From Eledone cirrhosa (lineage: Eukaryota): a stretch of 64,000 nucleotides of DNA. Numbering within the stretch: the first letter of the stretch is position 1; every line of letters starts with the position of its first letter. The translations under genes were made by a program, and so were the position numbers. The stretch lies in contig OZ024743.1 of NCBI GenBank assembly GCA_964016885.1, positions 271,312,001 to 271,376,000 of the forward strand, read 5' to 3'. Below, piece after piece: positions 1 through 11,305 of the stretch. The notes beneath the pieces are model-generated. The model searched no databases. It had not been told where the DNA came from and was given only the letters and a program-made list of their open reading frames with translations.

Positions 1-1019
1 ACGTCCGTTTTCCTGCTGGCAAGAGTTGGCCCTTATATAATCAAAACGTAAGTGCTGTAATTCAAGATAACCCTAGGTCATCAAATATTGAACACGCCTT
101 ATGATCAGACCCTTCAATCATGACCATACTTTTTATACCTCAGACTACACTTAATATTAAGTCTATTTTTTTTTAAACGATAGAATATGATTTCAGATGG
201 ATATTTAGTTACTATTTCTAGCAGGTCGAACGACCAGTAGTGATAGTAGCAGTGTTATAATAGTAATAATGACTATACTAATAATTGATGGATGCCGATA
301 AATACGAGGAACGGCCAATCATTATGTTACTTCTAGAATAGAAAGTGATTGAGAATTAATGTAGGCGGTAGCGGCAGTAGTAGCAGCAATAACAATGGTT
401 TCTATAACATAGGCACAAGGTCACATCTTTGGAGAGGCTACTGTTGGTTATATATATATATACTACCGTTGACTTGACAGGCACTGGGAAACCTGTGTCT
501 CAACGCAAATGATCATAATAACAAATCGCTACAATGTCAGAGAAAATCGGGTTATTTAGTTGATTTTCTATTATTATGGTCATTTACGCTTAAACATTTC
601 ATATTCATCGATTAAACAGCGGTACTTAATGGTATTTAATGTTATCAAACCCAGAAGAGGGCAAAGTCGACCACCAGCGGGACGAACTGAAAAACACTGT
701 AGTTTAACTCAGGTCAGACCTGATAGAACGGACCTATAATCAGCAATGACAATCCAGTTTTTTTTTTCAAGCAGATATAATTTAGTTATTGACTACATTA
801 ATCAAGAGGTCCTTTTTTCTAGAGTGTGGTTTTAGAGAGATTCGGGTATTTCCGAATAACTCGCGTTACTTGACAGTTGTGTTAACACACCCTTCACAGA
901 AAAGAAACGAAATCAGCTGAATTCGAACTCAAATTATAAAAGGGGCATAACAAATGACAGGCAGTTCATTTCATAAATGATAATAGTAAGAACATAAAAC
1001 ATAATACTGGGTGTGTGTA

Positions 1020-1069
<50 letters not shown>

Positions 1070-1122
1070 CACACATACGCGTGTGAGCTGAGAAACAATG
1101 GAAATTTCAAGCAAAACAACAG

Positions 1123-1166
<44 letters not shown>

Positions 1167-1198
1167 TAATATAATATAATATATAGTATATAACTTAC

Positions 1199-1274
1199 CA
1201 CTAAATACCATTGCTGATGTGGCACCCATTACACCAAAAAACGGCGCATAAATTGGAGCATCGTCGGTAGACAT
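1199..1274 (-). CDS. ATP6V0C: V-type H+-ATPase 16 kDa proteolipid subunit c, coding exon 1 (gene continues left of the window)
   Basis: Minus strand from ATG at 1274 reads MSTDDAPIYAPFFGVMGATSAMVFS+G, then a GTAAGT donor (phase 1). This matches the subunit c N-terminus (PxYAxFFxVMGAxxAMVFSALGAAYG). Not in the ORF track in this frame. Confidence 0.9.
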
Positions 1275-1888
1275 GATGTTATATTTAGTGAGTAATTAAG
1301 GGGTTATATATATATATATGGATTCAATGAATAGAGACAGAGATAACTATATATATATAAATATATAGTAACGGAGAGAGAGATAAAAATAATGTGAGAG
1401 ATTAAAGAGGTCTAAAGTGTTGGCAGGCAAGTTCTCAAATACCAAGCACTAAATGGGAAACTATCAAGCACACGGGAAAATGGCGCAGTAGTCATATGAT
1501 TGTGTTGGCTGGCATGAATTACAAAAGATAAACGATTCTCATTAGTCGGCTATATCGAGGCTGACCAATCAGAATTAGGCTTTTCTGAAATATTTACATA
1601 CACATCCGTTTCCGCTTTTCTTTTTACAATTTTTCCTTTTCTTTTTTTTAAACATAAGAAAGAAAGAAGTAAATAAAATAATTCAGAAAAGTAAATAAAT
1701 AAATAAAAATTCATTTTCCCTCATGCCACCACATGGCTAAATGTTGAGGTTTCAATTCTGAAGTTGTTTATTTGAAAATCAATTATATTTTGTAATAATA
1801 TTAATAACAATAATATATATATGTATATATAAATATATATAAAACATTTGTCTTTCTTTCTTCATCATACCATACAAAATTTCTTACG
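1275..1888. promoter_or_regulatory. Putative bidirectional promoter and 5' UTRs between ATP6V0C and PWP2
   Basis: 614 bp between divergent ATGs. Contains YY1-like AAAATGGCG (1477-1485), palindromic TCATATGA (1492-1499) and NF-Y-like GACCAATCAG (1563-1572). Confidence 0.6.
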
Positions 1889-1906
1889 ATGAAGTTTTCC
1901 TTTCAG
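1889..1906 (+). CDS. PWP2: PWP2 (UTP1, WD40 SSU processome factor) coding exon 1, MKFSFQ
   Basis: ATGAAGTTTTCCTTTCAG followed by a GTAAGT donor. Phase 0 join to FSNLLG at 52561 gives the conserved PWP2 start MKFx(Y/F)xFSNLLG. Confidence 0.8.
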
Positions 1907-2508
1907 GTAAGTTTTTTTTATTGTTAATTTAAAAATATATCTATATATATATATTCTTAAATTTTTATTTTCTATATTCTATAGTTTTAAACATGATTTT
2001 GTCTCGTGTTTCTTCTGTTTACAGATATTAAAAGAAATGTTTTCCATGCTTTCTCTAAGTTTGTAATTAACACTAATTAATCTTTTAACTGCATATAATG
2101 TTTATTAATTAATATTTACAGTTCATAATATTGGGAAAACAAGTTTTGGTTATACAACTTTACAAATTGAAAACCAATATATATATACACATATATAAAC
2201 AAGTATATCGTTGGAAAAATCAACTTCTATAATTTAAAAAGCCATATTTATTTCCATATGTATTATTTGGTTAGTAAATATATATTTATTTATATAATCA
2301 AATTAAGAATCATCAAATTAAAAAGAAATAGAAATTAATTTAAGATATCAACATTTCATTTAGCAACATTTATTTCATGTATAGGTTGTCTTTCGTCTGG
2401 TTTCGTATGAGGTTTATCGTAGTAACTTAGCTGTTATATAAATTATATTTATGTTGTCTTCGCCGAACTTCATACCGAAACTAACACGTGGAAGTTAACC
2501 ATCTAAGT

Positions 2509-2676
2509 CAGGCATGTCAAACATGCGGCCCGCACACAGGTTTTTACAGTGCGAGCATGTTTTATCTTTGTAATATAAAATTTAAAAAAATTAGTTGTAA
2601 TGTGCGCAATTAGTTGTGTGTGGCCCTCAGGCAACACATATGTGGTCCTCGAGGAACCCTCAGTTTGACATGCCTG
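2509..2676. mobile_element. hAT-type (Charlie-like) MITE
   Basis: TIRs CAGGCATGTCAAAC / GTTTGACATGCCTG; 8-bp TSD ATCTAAGT / ATCTAAAT. Confidence 0.85.
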
Positions 2677-3289
2677 ATCTAAATACAACTAAACCGTATC
2701 TTATCATTCTTCGATATTAATTTTTAAAGGCTTCTCGACAGGTTAAATGATTTCCATATTAATTTCTGAGTGTACACATATGGCTTGGTTGTTCAGCAAG
2801 AATTTATAGAAACCACCGGATAGGTGATGATGGAATGGACCTTCGTCAGTTTCTACGATGAGTGTTCCAGTTCGATCAGTAGGCTTGTAGAGACACGTGC
2901 ACTTAAAATGTAATTCTCTGGAAGCTTAAGCTTGACACAGTATGCGGCAAGATTGGCTGTTTGAATTATAGGTACCCTTCATACAAGGCTTATGTCGACC
3001 CGAGGCTATGGTAAATAACACGTTGAAGACACCACGCACTGGCATCAAATCCAAGACCTTATGATTCAGCCATGCTGCATCTACGAAGACGGTACTGTAA
3101 ACACAAAACATTAAATACCCGGGAGGAAAAAAATCGAATGAGTCTTTACACAACTATGTATTTATGAAGAGGAATGTAGGGGCTTAGTTCACACCAGGAT
3201 CGTGTAACGCATTTTATTCGTCAGATTCATTATGTATGTACACATTAGGGTTTAGGGCTCGCTTGTTTGTGTGTGTTATGAGTGAAGCA

Positions 3290-3720
3290 TGTGAAATGAA
3301 TCAAGTGAATGCGATAAGATACCCCGCTGGGTTAAGATCATCACCTGAAGACATTATCTGAACCGAGGGGACGGTAAAACACTAGGTGACATGACAATCT
3401 TCCCATCCCACGGAGGAAAGCACCATGTTGCGGAAACCTGGTGCGTTCGGCTACCAGCCCTGGCTTCGCTTCTCGCCAGACCGAAGAGGGTAAGCTGTCC
3501 AAGTATCGGCCGCTCTTTGATAAGTCTGTGGCTATGGTGACTTCCGGCGTTCTTGGTCCCCGGGTCACATACGTACTCACAGCTATCGGGGCGGAGTTGG
3601 TCACTCGCAAGCGGAAGCCCCGCGAGGTGGAGAGGCTGTTCCAGTGCGTCTCCCTCATCATCCTTAGAGGCAATGTCTTCTCCATCCTGTCGACTGGGAC
3701 CCTGAACAGTGATTGGTAAA
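3290..3720 (+). mobile_element. Decayed 3' fragment of a CRE-like non-LTR retrotransposon (restriction-like endonuclease region)
   Basis: Frameshifted DGKTLGDMTIFP...EEGKLSKY...VAMVTSGVLGP...LFQCVSLIILRGN resembles the DGKRPDG..K..KY..ETxGxxG..QRISxxxxRGN pattern of CRE-type RLE domains. Locally GC-rich. Confidence 0.65.
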
Positions 3721-4510
3721 TACAGATCACACACATTCAGAGTAACTCTTATTTTGCTGACATGATATCATATTGTGTTGTATTTTAAAATGTCATAATA
3801 ATAAATTAGTTATATTACTATAACAATCTTATATTTGTAATTAGTCAGTGCAATTTAAGGATGGGGTGAGGTACAAAGAGTATAGGAAAACTAGCGATGA
3901 TCTTAGTGAGAAGAAAAAAATCAAGGCAATATTCAGTAATAAAGTTTGGAAAGATTAATAGATCATCTAATCCACTTTTACTTAATTTTTTATAGAACCC
4001 CATGCCCATTATCCAAAGTGCATTTTTATTTTATTTTAAAGATTTACTTTCTTGTCTTCAGGAGTACTTAATTCGATTTTCTCAACTATTACTTATAGTG
4101 ATAGCCTATTATGGTCATTTGCATTGGGGCGCACACATTTCAAATTTTCCTTATGTCAATCACTTTGAAATATTTGTATTTTAACTACTGAAGAATTTGC
4201 GAAATATTTACTAAAATTCCAATTAAAACAAACTTTGTAACAAAAGAAACTGTTCATGTATAAAATAATGTTGGAAAGTATTAATTTAAGAATCACGTAA
4301 ATCGGGTGGTTTTGTTTCATAGAGACAAAGACGATTTTCGGTGGATTGGTATCAAAAGGGTTAACCTTTTCATTACAATATTTCTAATGAAAGACTCTAT
4401 GGTTTGGAAAATAATCAACAATATGGAGGGATTTAGTAATATAATTACAGAGCTTCCGTTCCAGTTTTGGGATGGAGGTATATATACTGTACATGTGTAT
4501 TATTATTATT

Positions 4511-4702
4511 AGCGGTGGATTGGCAGTATCGGTAGAGGGTCTGACGCCATGCTTTCCAGCATAGTTACGTCCCTTTACGATCTGAGTTCAAATCCCGCCG
4601 AGGTTGACTTTGCCTTTCATCCTTACGGGGTCGATAAAATAAAGTACCAGTAATGTACTGAGTAATTGCTGGCCTTGTGCCTAAAGTAGAAACAATTATT
4701 AG
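4511..4702 (+). mobile_element. tRNA-related SINE family 2 (other copies about 48459-48651, 10640-10790, 23215-23400, 53780-53990, 58140-58300, 61100-61320, 63500-63640)
   Basis: A-box-like TGGCAG..GG, B-box GAGTTCAAATCC, central GCCTTTCATCCTT.CGGGGTCGATAAAATAAAGTACCAG and an (ATT)n end, recurring many times in the window. Confidence 0.75.
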
Positions 4703-6109
4703 CTCACACTTTTTTATCACCAATACACGACTAAGAAAGAAATTGAAAATATGATCATACTAACATATTTAGAGTCAATAGACAATCAGTGTAGTAAAAA
4801 CCAAAGCACAAGTATATTGAAACAAATTACTGGAGGAGCTTAAGCCCCTTAGCACCGGAAGGCTCAAACTAACATTCTCATTATTAAATAAGGTTCTTAT
4901 ATAGAATTGTGATGGAAGCTTTTTAGATGAACAACATTATAACATAAAATTGAGGCAGTTTCAGGCAGTTTGGTATCAAAAGTCAAAGAAATATACCCAT
5001 ACTTAAAGTAATCTTTTTTCAGTTCCTGAACTGTTGTTTTCTCCTACAAAATTGTGTCTTCTGATTGGGGAAGGACCTCTGTAATGTAGAGTGGCTGATG
5101 CAGTTGATGTTGTTGGCTGTTCTCCACAGCAATATCTTCATTTTGTCTGCAGGGCACAGCTGAGATATGCTACCTAGACTGGGTTGTAGAGCTTGCTGGT
5201 CCCTCTCCTTTGCCCTTACTTTCGCTATTAAATTTTGTCCTCTTTTTTTTTTTTATATACAAACATTATAAAATCCCTTGGCCCTCAACCTCAAACCATC
5301 ACTTTCTTCCCTGCGAGACACTTAAGTCATTCATCATTCACATTTTGCCACTTCTCTGTGTTAGCTCTCTCCTACTGTAATACATCTCTATTGCTTAACC
5401 TACCTAACTTATAGCTATCTAGCTATCTCTCCTACCATCCTATAACTCTGTTTTCCCCCACAGTTAACATCTTGGCCATCATCTTCCTTCAAATTGTGGG
5501 CACATTTAACTTGATTAAGGGAGAGGACCCATTAGCCCATAATAAAATGCACCCAGTACATTCTGTAAAGTGATTGCCAATCAAATGGAGACAATGTAAA
5601 CTACAGGGAACTCTTTGGTTTTGTTGAGTACATGACAACCTCTCTAGAATTGGTTCAATAATAAAACACATCCAGTACATTTTGTCAAGTGATTGGTGTT
5701 AGGAAGGGCTTACAACCATAGCAAACATGCCAATAATTGGAACATACAACCTAAATGTGGTCATCTAACCTGTCTAGGGGGACTGTAACTCCAAACTGAC
5801 TCTTACAGTAATCACCTGTTCCCAATCATTGAAACATACAAGCTGGATGTGGTCCTTTCACCTGTCTAGGAAGACTAACTCCAACCTAACTTGGACTATA
5901 ACAACCTATCCAACTCATGCCAGAATGGGAAGTAGACATGATGATGATGATGATCAACATTTCATCACATGTACGATAACATCAGATTTCAGTAAAAAGC
6001 AATTAAGTTATTTTTCAAACCCAGGGCATGATATGCACATTTTATAATTAAATTCTTCTAAATTCTTGATTTATTTAGAAAATTAATTAAAATGTATTGA
6101 CAATATATT

Positions 6110-6645
6110 CATCATCATCATCATCATCGTTTAACGTCCATCTTCCACGCTTGCATGGGTTTGGACGGGAGTTTTCTCACTTGAGGCAAGATTTGTTGTC
6201 CTGCTCGTATAAGACTGTCTGACGGGTTTTCTACGACTGGATGCCCTTCCTAACACCAACCACGTTTACAGTGAGGTTTTTACCGTGTTACTTATACGGC
6301 CACATTACAGCGTGGACTGTGTGTTTTTTTTGTCGTGACACCTACACGACCTCCTTTGTTTCGGACTGGATGTTGTGGTCCCAACATAACTTCACATTTA
6401 AGGGGGTGGGGGGTAGTGGGACGGGGGTGTATTTTGTTAGAGGTGCCTACTGACTGTAGGTTTCGCTTTGTACTTAGGCAAGGCGGGTTTTCTGTATGAC
6501 TGTGTAGCGCCAAAGATCTCGGTCCAGTGACATTGTCTTGGAGAGGTGTAAGTGTGTGAGGTCAGAATTTATCAAGTCGTCCCAGGTTTTTCTGGGTCTG
6601 CCTACTCCGTGGCTACCGTCTATTTTTATTGCCCTGCACTTTTTT
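6110..6645 (-). mobile_element. 5'-truncated RTE LINE 3' end
   Basis: KCRAIKIDGSHGVGRPRKTW...KTRLA, 3' UTR and (GAT)n tail homologous to the copies at 23867-28248 and 43921-45468. Confidence 0.9.
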
Positions 6646-6828
6646 CTTGTTAGATATATGACTGCCAAATTATTAACAATAGAAAAAGGTTGTTTATAGC
6701 TAAAATACTCTAGCTAAGCAATTGCCTTGCAACTACTGTTTTCTATTTCACTTCATCTAAATTACATAATTGTCTCTATTTTCATAGAATAGTTGATTGT
6801 TTATCCTTTCACTGGTTTCAGTCATTAA

Positions 6829-7034
6829 CCCTTTAGCATTTAAACTGGCTGTATTCGGCCAGAATTCTCTCATCTTTTCCTGTTTAAACTGGCCATAACT
6901 GGTCACTTATACTGGTGTTAAGGTATTGTTCTCAAAATAAATAATATCAAAATCTCATAAGATTCGATATGTGAGATAATGCCTTTACCACGAAAATACA
7001 ACAGTATATATAGAGTAATGTAAATGCTGAGGGG
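6829..7034. mobile_element. piggyBac-type MITE family 1 (also 7583-7812, 20753-20950, 29279-29489, 29663-29791, 34459-34664, about 49664-49867, 55760-55962, 59264-59470, partial 30870-30984)
   Basis: Family termini CCCTTTAGCATTTA...TAAATGCTAAAGGG, usually flanked by TTAA. Shared internal sequence of about 200 bp, in both orientations. This copy interrupts an older repeat. Confidence 0.85.
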
Positions 7035-9654
7035 TTAAACTGCAGTTAAGCTGGGGCACAAGCTTGATTTAGTTGATCATATAGACATCAGGACTTGTTT
7101 TATCAAGTTTGTAACTTATTTTGTTGCATAATTATGTTGCAGGACATAAACACAGATACAGACAAGGTGGTTCTGTCTACATTTTCCTGTCTCATGGTGT
7201 TATATCCCTAATTTATTCAAATATTTTTTAGTTAAAATCATATGTGGTAACTTTGCAAAAAGCAAAACACTTTCCAGTTATATATATATAAACTCAATAT
7301 GTCTTGCTTGTCATCCTTTATGGTCTTGAACATGTGAACAGAACTTCATGTCAGCCACTTTACAGGCTATTTTATTGTGATTCCAGCACTACCACATTAG
7401 CAGGTGGACTGGATACTTTTGAGGGTGGCATTTGAGTGCTCTGTGTGCCTGTCTGGGGAGGTGTTGATCGGATTGGGGTGGTGGTATAAAAAAACAAAAT
7501 TGAAAGTGGGGCTGGCTATGTTGCTTGTCTGAGGAGGTGGGAGTTTATAAAATTAAAATTTTAGCTCCTACTGCAGGTTTAACCCTTTAGCATTTACATT
7601 ACTATAGTATTTTACATTTACTATAGTATTTTCACAGTGAAGGCTTTATCTTACATGATTATCTCACATAATATTAAATCTACGAGATTTTGATATTATT
7701 TATTTTGAGAACAATTACCTTAACATCAGTATGAGTAGACAGTTATGGCTGATTTGAACAGAAAGAGGTGAGAAAATTCTGGCTGGATATGGTCAGTTTA
7801 AATGCTAAAGGGTTAACTGACCTCCTACAAGGTTTCATCTCATAGAGGTTTCTTGGCTGTTAAGCATATTCCTTCAAAACAAAATATGCTGCCAGATTCA
7901 TGAATTGAACTTACAACCTTATGATTGTAAGTTCAACATACTAACCACGAGACCACATGATTTCACCAGTGACGGGGATAATTTTGACACAAAAAATAGC
8001 AACAGATTCACATGACTCAAACCATGTGACTATTGATCACCAGGTGACAATTGTTACTGATCAGGTTACAAGTCACCTAATATTTCCTTCATTTAAATTC
8101 TCTGCTATTTCAACTACTATTTTATTTTCATATTGATGGGTGGTTTCAGTTGGTTTGGTTTGAAAAGGGTTAAATGATCTCTCACTGTCTTTTTAACAAG
8201 ATAACAGCAGTAATGTTGTGGTTGGTAGTTTTCTTTTGTTGATAGTTGGAATGTTTTTTTTTTGTCATGACCCTGGATGACTTTATAATATCTATAGTCC
8301 TCAAAGCTACAACCTCAGCCCACAACAACCACCCTCCTTCAGGTTTTTGTTATTTACTGCTCTTATTTACCAATCTAATGGTTAATTATTGACACTCTCT
8401 CATCAGATATTTCAACAGCTTGCTATTGTTGTCATAATGGGGGTAAAGGCGGTCCATTCTTCCTCCCAGATGTTCTATTTCCATCTAGTCAATGCTGGCT
8501 TTTCCAAAATGTTCTCACTGCTTCTCTTTGAGAGAAAATTCACACTACATTTTTTGAAAATGTCTTATACCTTATCTACTTAAGCTGGAGACTCTCATTC
8601 TCCTTATCCCCCCTCCCCCCTCCCCTTGTATCTATATATTATAAAATCCTCCGTCTCTTTCTTTGTCACTATTAAATGTTACATAACTGAATATAAAAGT
8701 GTTTACTTATCTATGGAACTTTGTATATTTATGTTATGAATCTAACGCACACGCACACACACACACACCATATCATCATGATGAGATATATGTATATATA
8801 TATCTTATGATAACGATATGTATATATGTAAATGATCATGTGTTTAGAAGATAGTTGTGGAATTTCAAACATTGAATTGATTAGTAGTTTTCACTGTATT
8901 TTTTTACTACAGAAAATAGTCTAAGGCATATGAACCCCCAGAATGGAAAACGCGCATCAGCATGCATGGGAATCGAACGCACACCTTATTTTCACACTGT
9001 AAACGTGGTTGGTGTTAGGAAGGGCATCCAGCTGTAGAAAACCTACCAGACAGTCCTATACGAGCGAGACATGGTCATCCGACCAATCTTGCCTCAAGTA
9101 GGACAATTCCCGTCTAAACCCATGCTAGCGTGGAAGACGTTAACCGATGATGATGAGTGTAGCCAATTATACTAAGTTACAACTTTGTAGGAGCCCAGTT
9201 AAACTAGGTGTGACCTGTAACAAGGAGGCCAGCTAAACATGATAGGATTAGGGCCCCTTTCATTAAAACAAAAAAAGACCTTTTACAAGATAGAACCTTG
9301 TATGAGGCTAGCTAAACATATTTATTTATTCAATTTAAACGTCTGTATAGAGCTAGTAAGCCATGACAGACTCCTGGGAAGCATCAAGTACTCTTTACAG
9401 TTGGTAATCAAAAAGAGCTAGTGAGACAATGAAAAGAGAAAAGAAAAATAAAAAAAAAGGAGAAAAAAGGTGTGAGCTGTCAATTTCATTTCATTTGTCC
9501 TTTTTACCCATTGATGGATAGTTCTGTCCCACAAAGGTCAACCTGTTGATTTTATTTATTGTATTGGGGCATGAAATTTATAAATATTCATTCACAACGC
9601 ATGCATTTCTTTATCACTCTGTCTATTTCTCTATCTTTCTTTTATCTATTTTTC

Positions 9655-9693
<39 letters not shown>

Positions 9694-10574
9694 CGAGGTG
9701 TGTCAGAAAAGTTCCAGGACTGATGTCACAAAATATTTATTTCAAACCCAAACTTCACACTAAGAGTTTTCTCCTTCAAAGTAATCCCCCTGGAGTATTT
9801 AACTAATCTTAGCTCTCTGCAGCGATCAAACTTTTTTCTTCATAATTTTATATACATGTCCTCTGTTTCAGGTCGTCAAGCAATGAGCACAGAGCAACGA
9901 ACAAACTTGAAAACTCCGTCAGAAGCACTGGGATTGCTGCAGCAAGTGTATGGAGATGAGACGATGTCACGCTCATGCGTTTTTGAGTGGTGCAAGAGGT
10001 TTAAAGAAGGACGCGAGGACGTGGAAGATGACCCCAGGAGCGGAAGGTCCTCAACAACCAGGACTGAGGTCAACGTTGAGCGCATCAGGCAGATGGTGTG
10101 TAGCGGTTGTCGGCTGATGGCAATTGAGCTGGGCATGAATTGGGACAGCGTTTGGAAGATTCTCACTGAAGATTTGGACATGCGGAAAGTCTGTGTGAAG
10201 ATGGTGCCAAAACTGCTGAACGATGACCAGAAGGGTCGACGCATGCAAGTGTGCCAGGACATCCTCGAGCGTCTTGAAACCGAACCAGATTTGCTAGGGA
10301 CAGTTACCACCGGTGATGAGTCATGGATCTTCGAGTACGACCCGGAGGGGACCCATTTTGAAGACGTGGACGATATCAAAAAGGCCGTGACGACGGAACT
10401 GCGGAGGGTCCCAGAAGAATCCTTCCAGGAGTGCATGCAAGCGTGGCAGAAAAGGATGGAAAAGTGTATTAGACTCCAGGGGGATTACTTTGAAGGAGAA
10501 AAATCTTAGTGTGAAGTTTGGGTTTGAAATAAATCTTTTGTGACATCAGTCCTGGAACTTTTCTGACCCACCTC

Positions 10575-10575
<1 letters not shown>
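9694..10575 (+). mobile_element. Internally deleted Tc1/mariner element (882 bp) with 103-bp TIRs
   Basis: TA flanks; TIRs 9694-9796 and 10473-10575. ORF has HTH region, MVPKLL (WVPHEL equivalent), TGDESW and C-terminal GDYFEG. Confidence 0.93.
9883..10509 (+). pseudogene. Mariner transposase derivative: DNA-binding region largely kept, most of the DD34D catalytic domain deleted in frame
   Basis: Open frame jumps from YDPE directly to GTHFEDVDDIK; the HDNA and YSPDLAP motifs are missing. Confidence 0.8.
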
Positions 10576-10610
<35 letters not shown>

Positions 10611-10989
10611 CTTTATATTAACATCTCTTATATAGCTATCTAGGTGGTGAACTGGCAGAGTCATTAGAAGTCGGATAGAATTCTTTGTAGTATTCGTTCC
10701 GGCTCTCTGCACTCAAATACCATCCAGGTCAATTTTGCCTTTCATCTTTTCACGATGATAAAAAGTACCAGTTCAATATTGGAGTCATTTCTTTCTCTAT
10801 ATCTCTTTCTCACTTTTACTCTCTATCACCCTCTCTCCTTGTCTGGATGAAATAGGCTGTGTTCAGACTCTGAGAGAGGATGGGCTCAGCTAGGTTTAAA
10901 AGCTGCCCAAGAAATGCTGTATGACACTATGGCACCCCTGTGACTACACCAGGAGTGTACATGTACATAGATATGTGCATGTGTAAATG

Positions 10990-11305
10990 TGTGCATATCT
11001 GTATGTGTTTGCGTCTATATATGTATGCTTGTGTCTATATATGTATGTTTGTGTCTATATATGTATGTGTCTATATATGTATGTTTGTGTCTATATATCT
11101 GTATGTGTTTGTGTCTATATATCTGTATGTGTTTGTGTCTATATATCTGTATGTGTTTGTGTCTATATATCTGTATGTGTTTGTGTCTATATATATGTAT
11201 GTGTTTGTGTCTATATATATATGTATGTGTTTGTGTCTATATAATCTGTATGTGTTTGTGTTTGTGTCTATATGTATGTGTTTGTGTATATATGTATATG
11301 TATGT
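10990..11305. repeat. 24-bp minisatellite (GTATGTGTTTGTGTCTATATATCT)n with degenerate flanks
   Basis: Direct reading; explains the VFVSIYLY-repeat ORFs. Confidence 0.9.

Noticed and set aside
1893-1912. Recursive splice site TTTTCCTTTCAG|GTAAGT
   Set aside because: It is explained as the PWP2 exon 1 coding end, and no upstream intron is evident.
9861-9886. PWP2 exon 1 spliced to the mariner ORF as a SETMAR-like fusion
   Set aside because: The TTTCAG acceptor at 9871 is out of phase and gives a stop after four codons.
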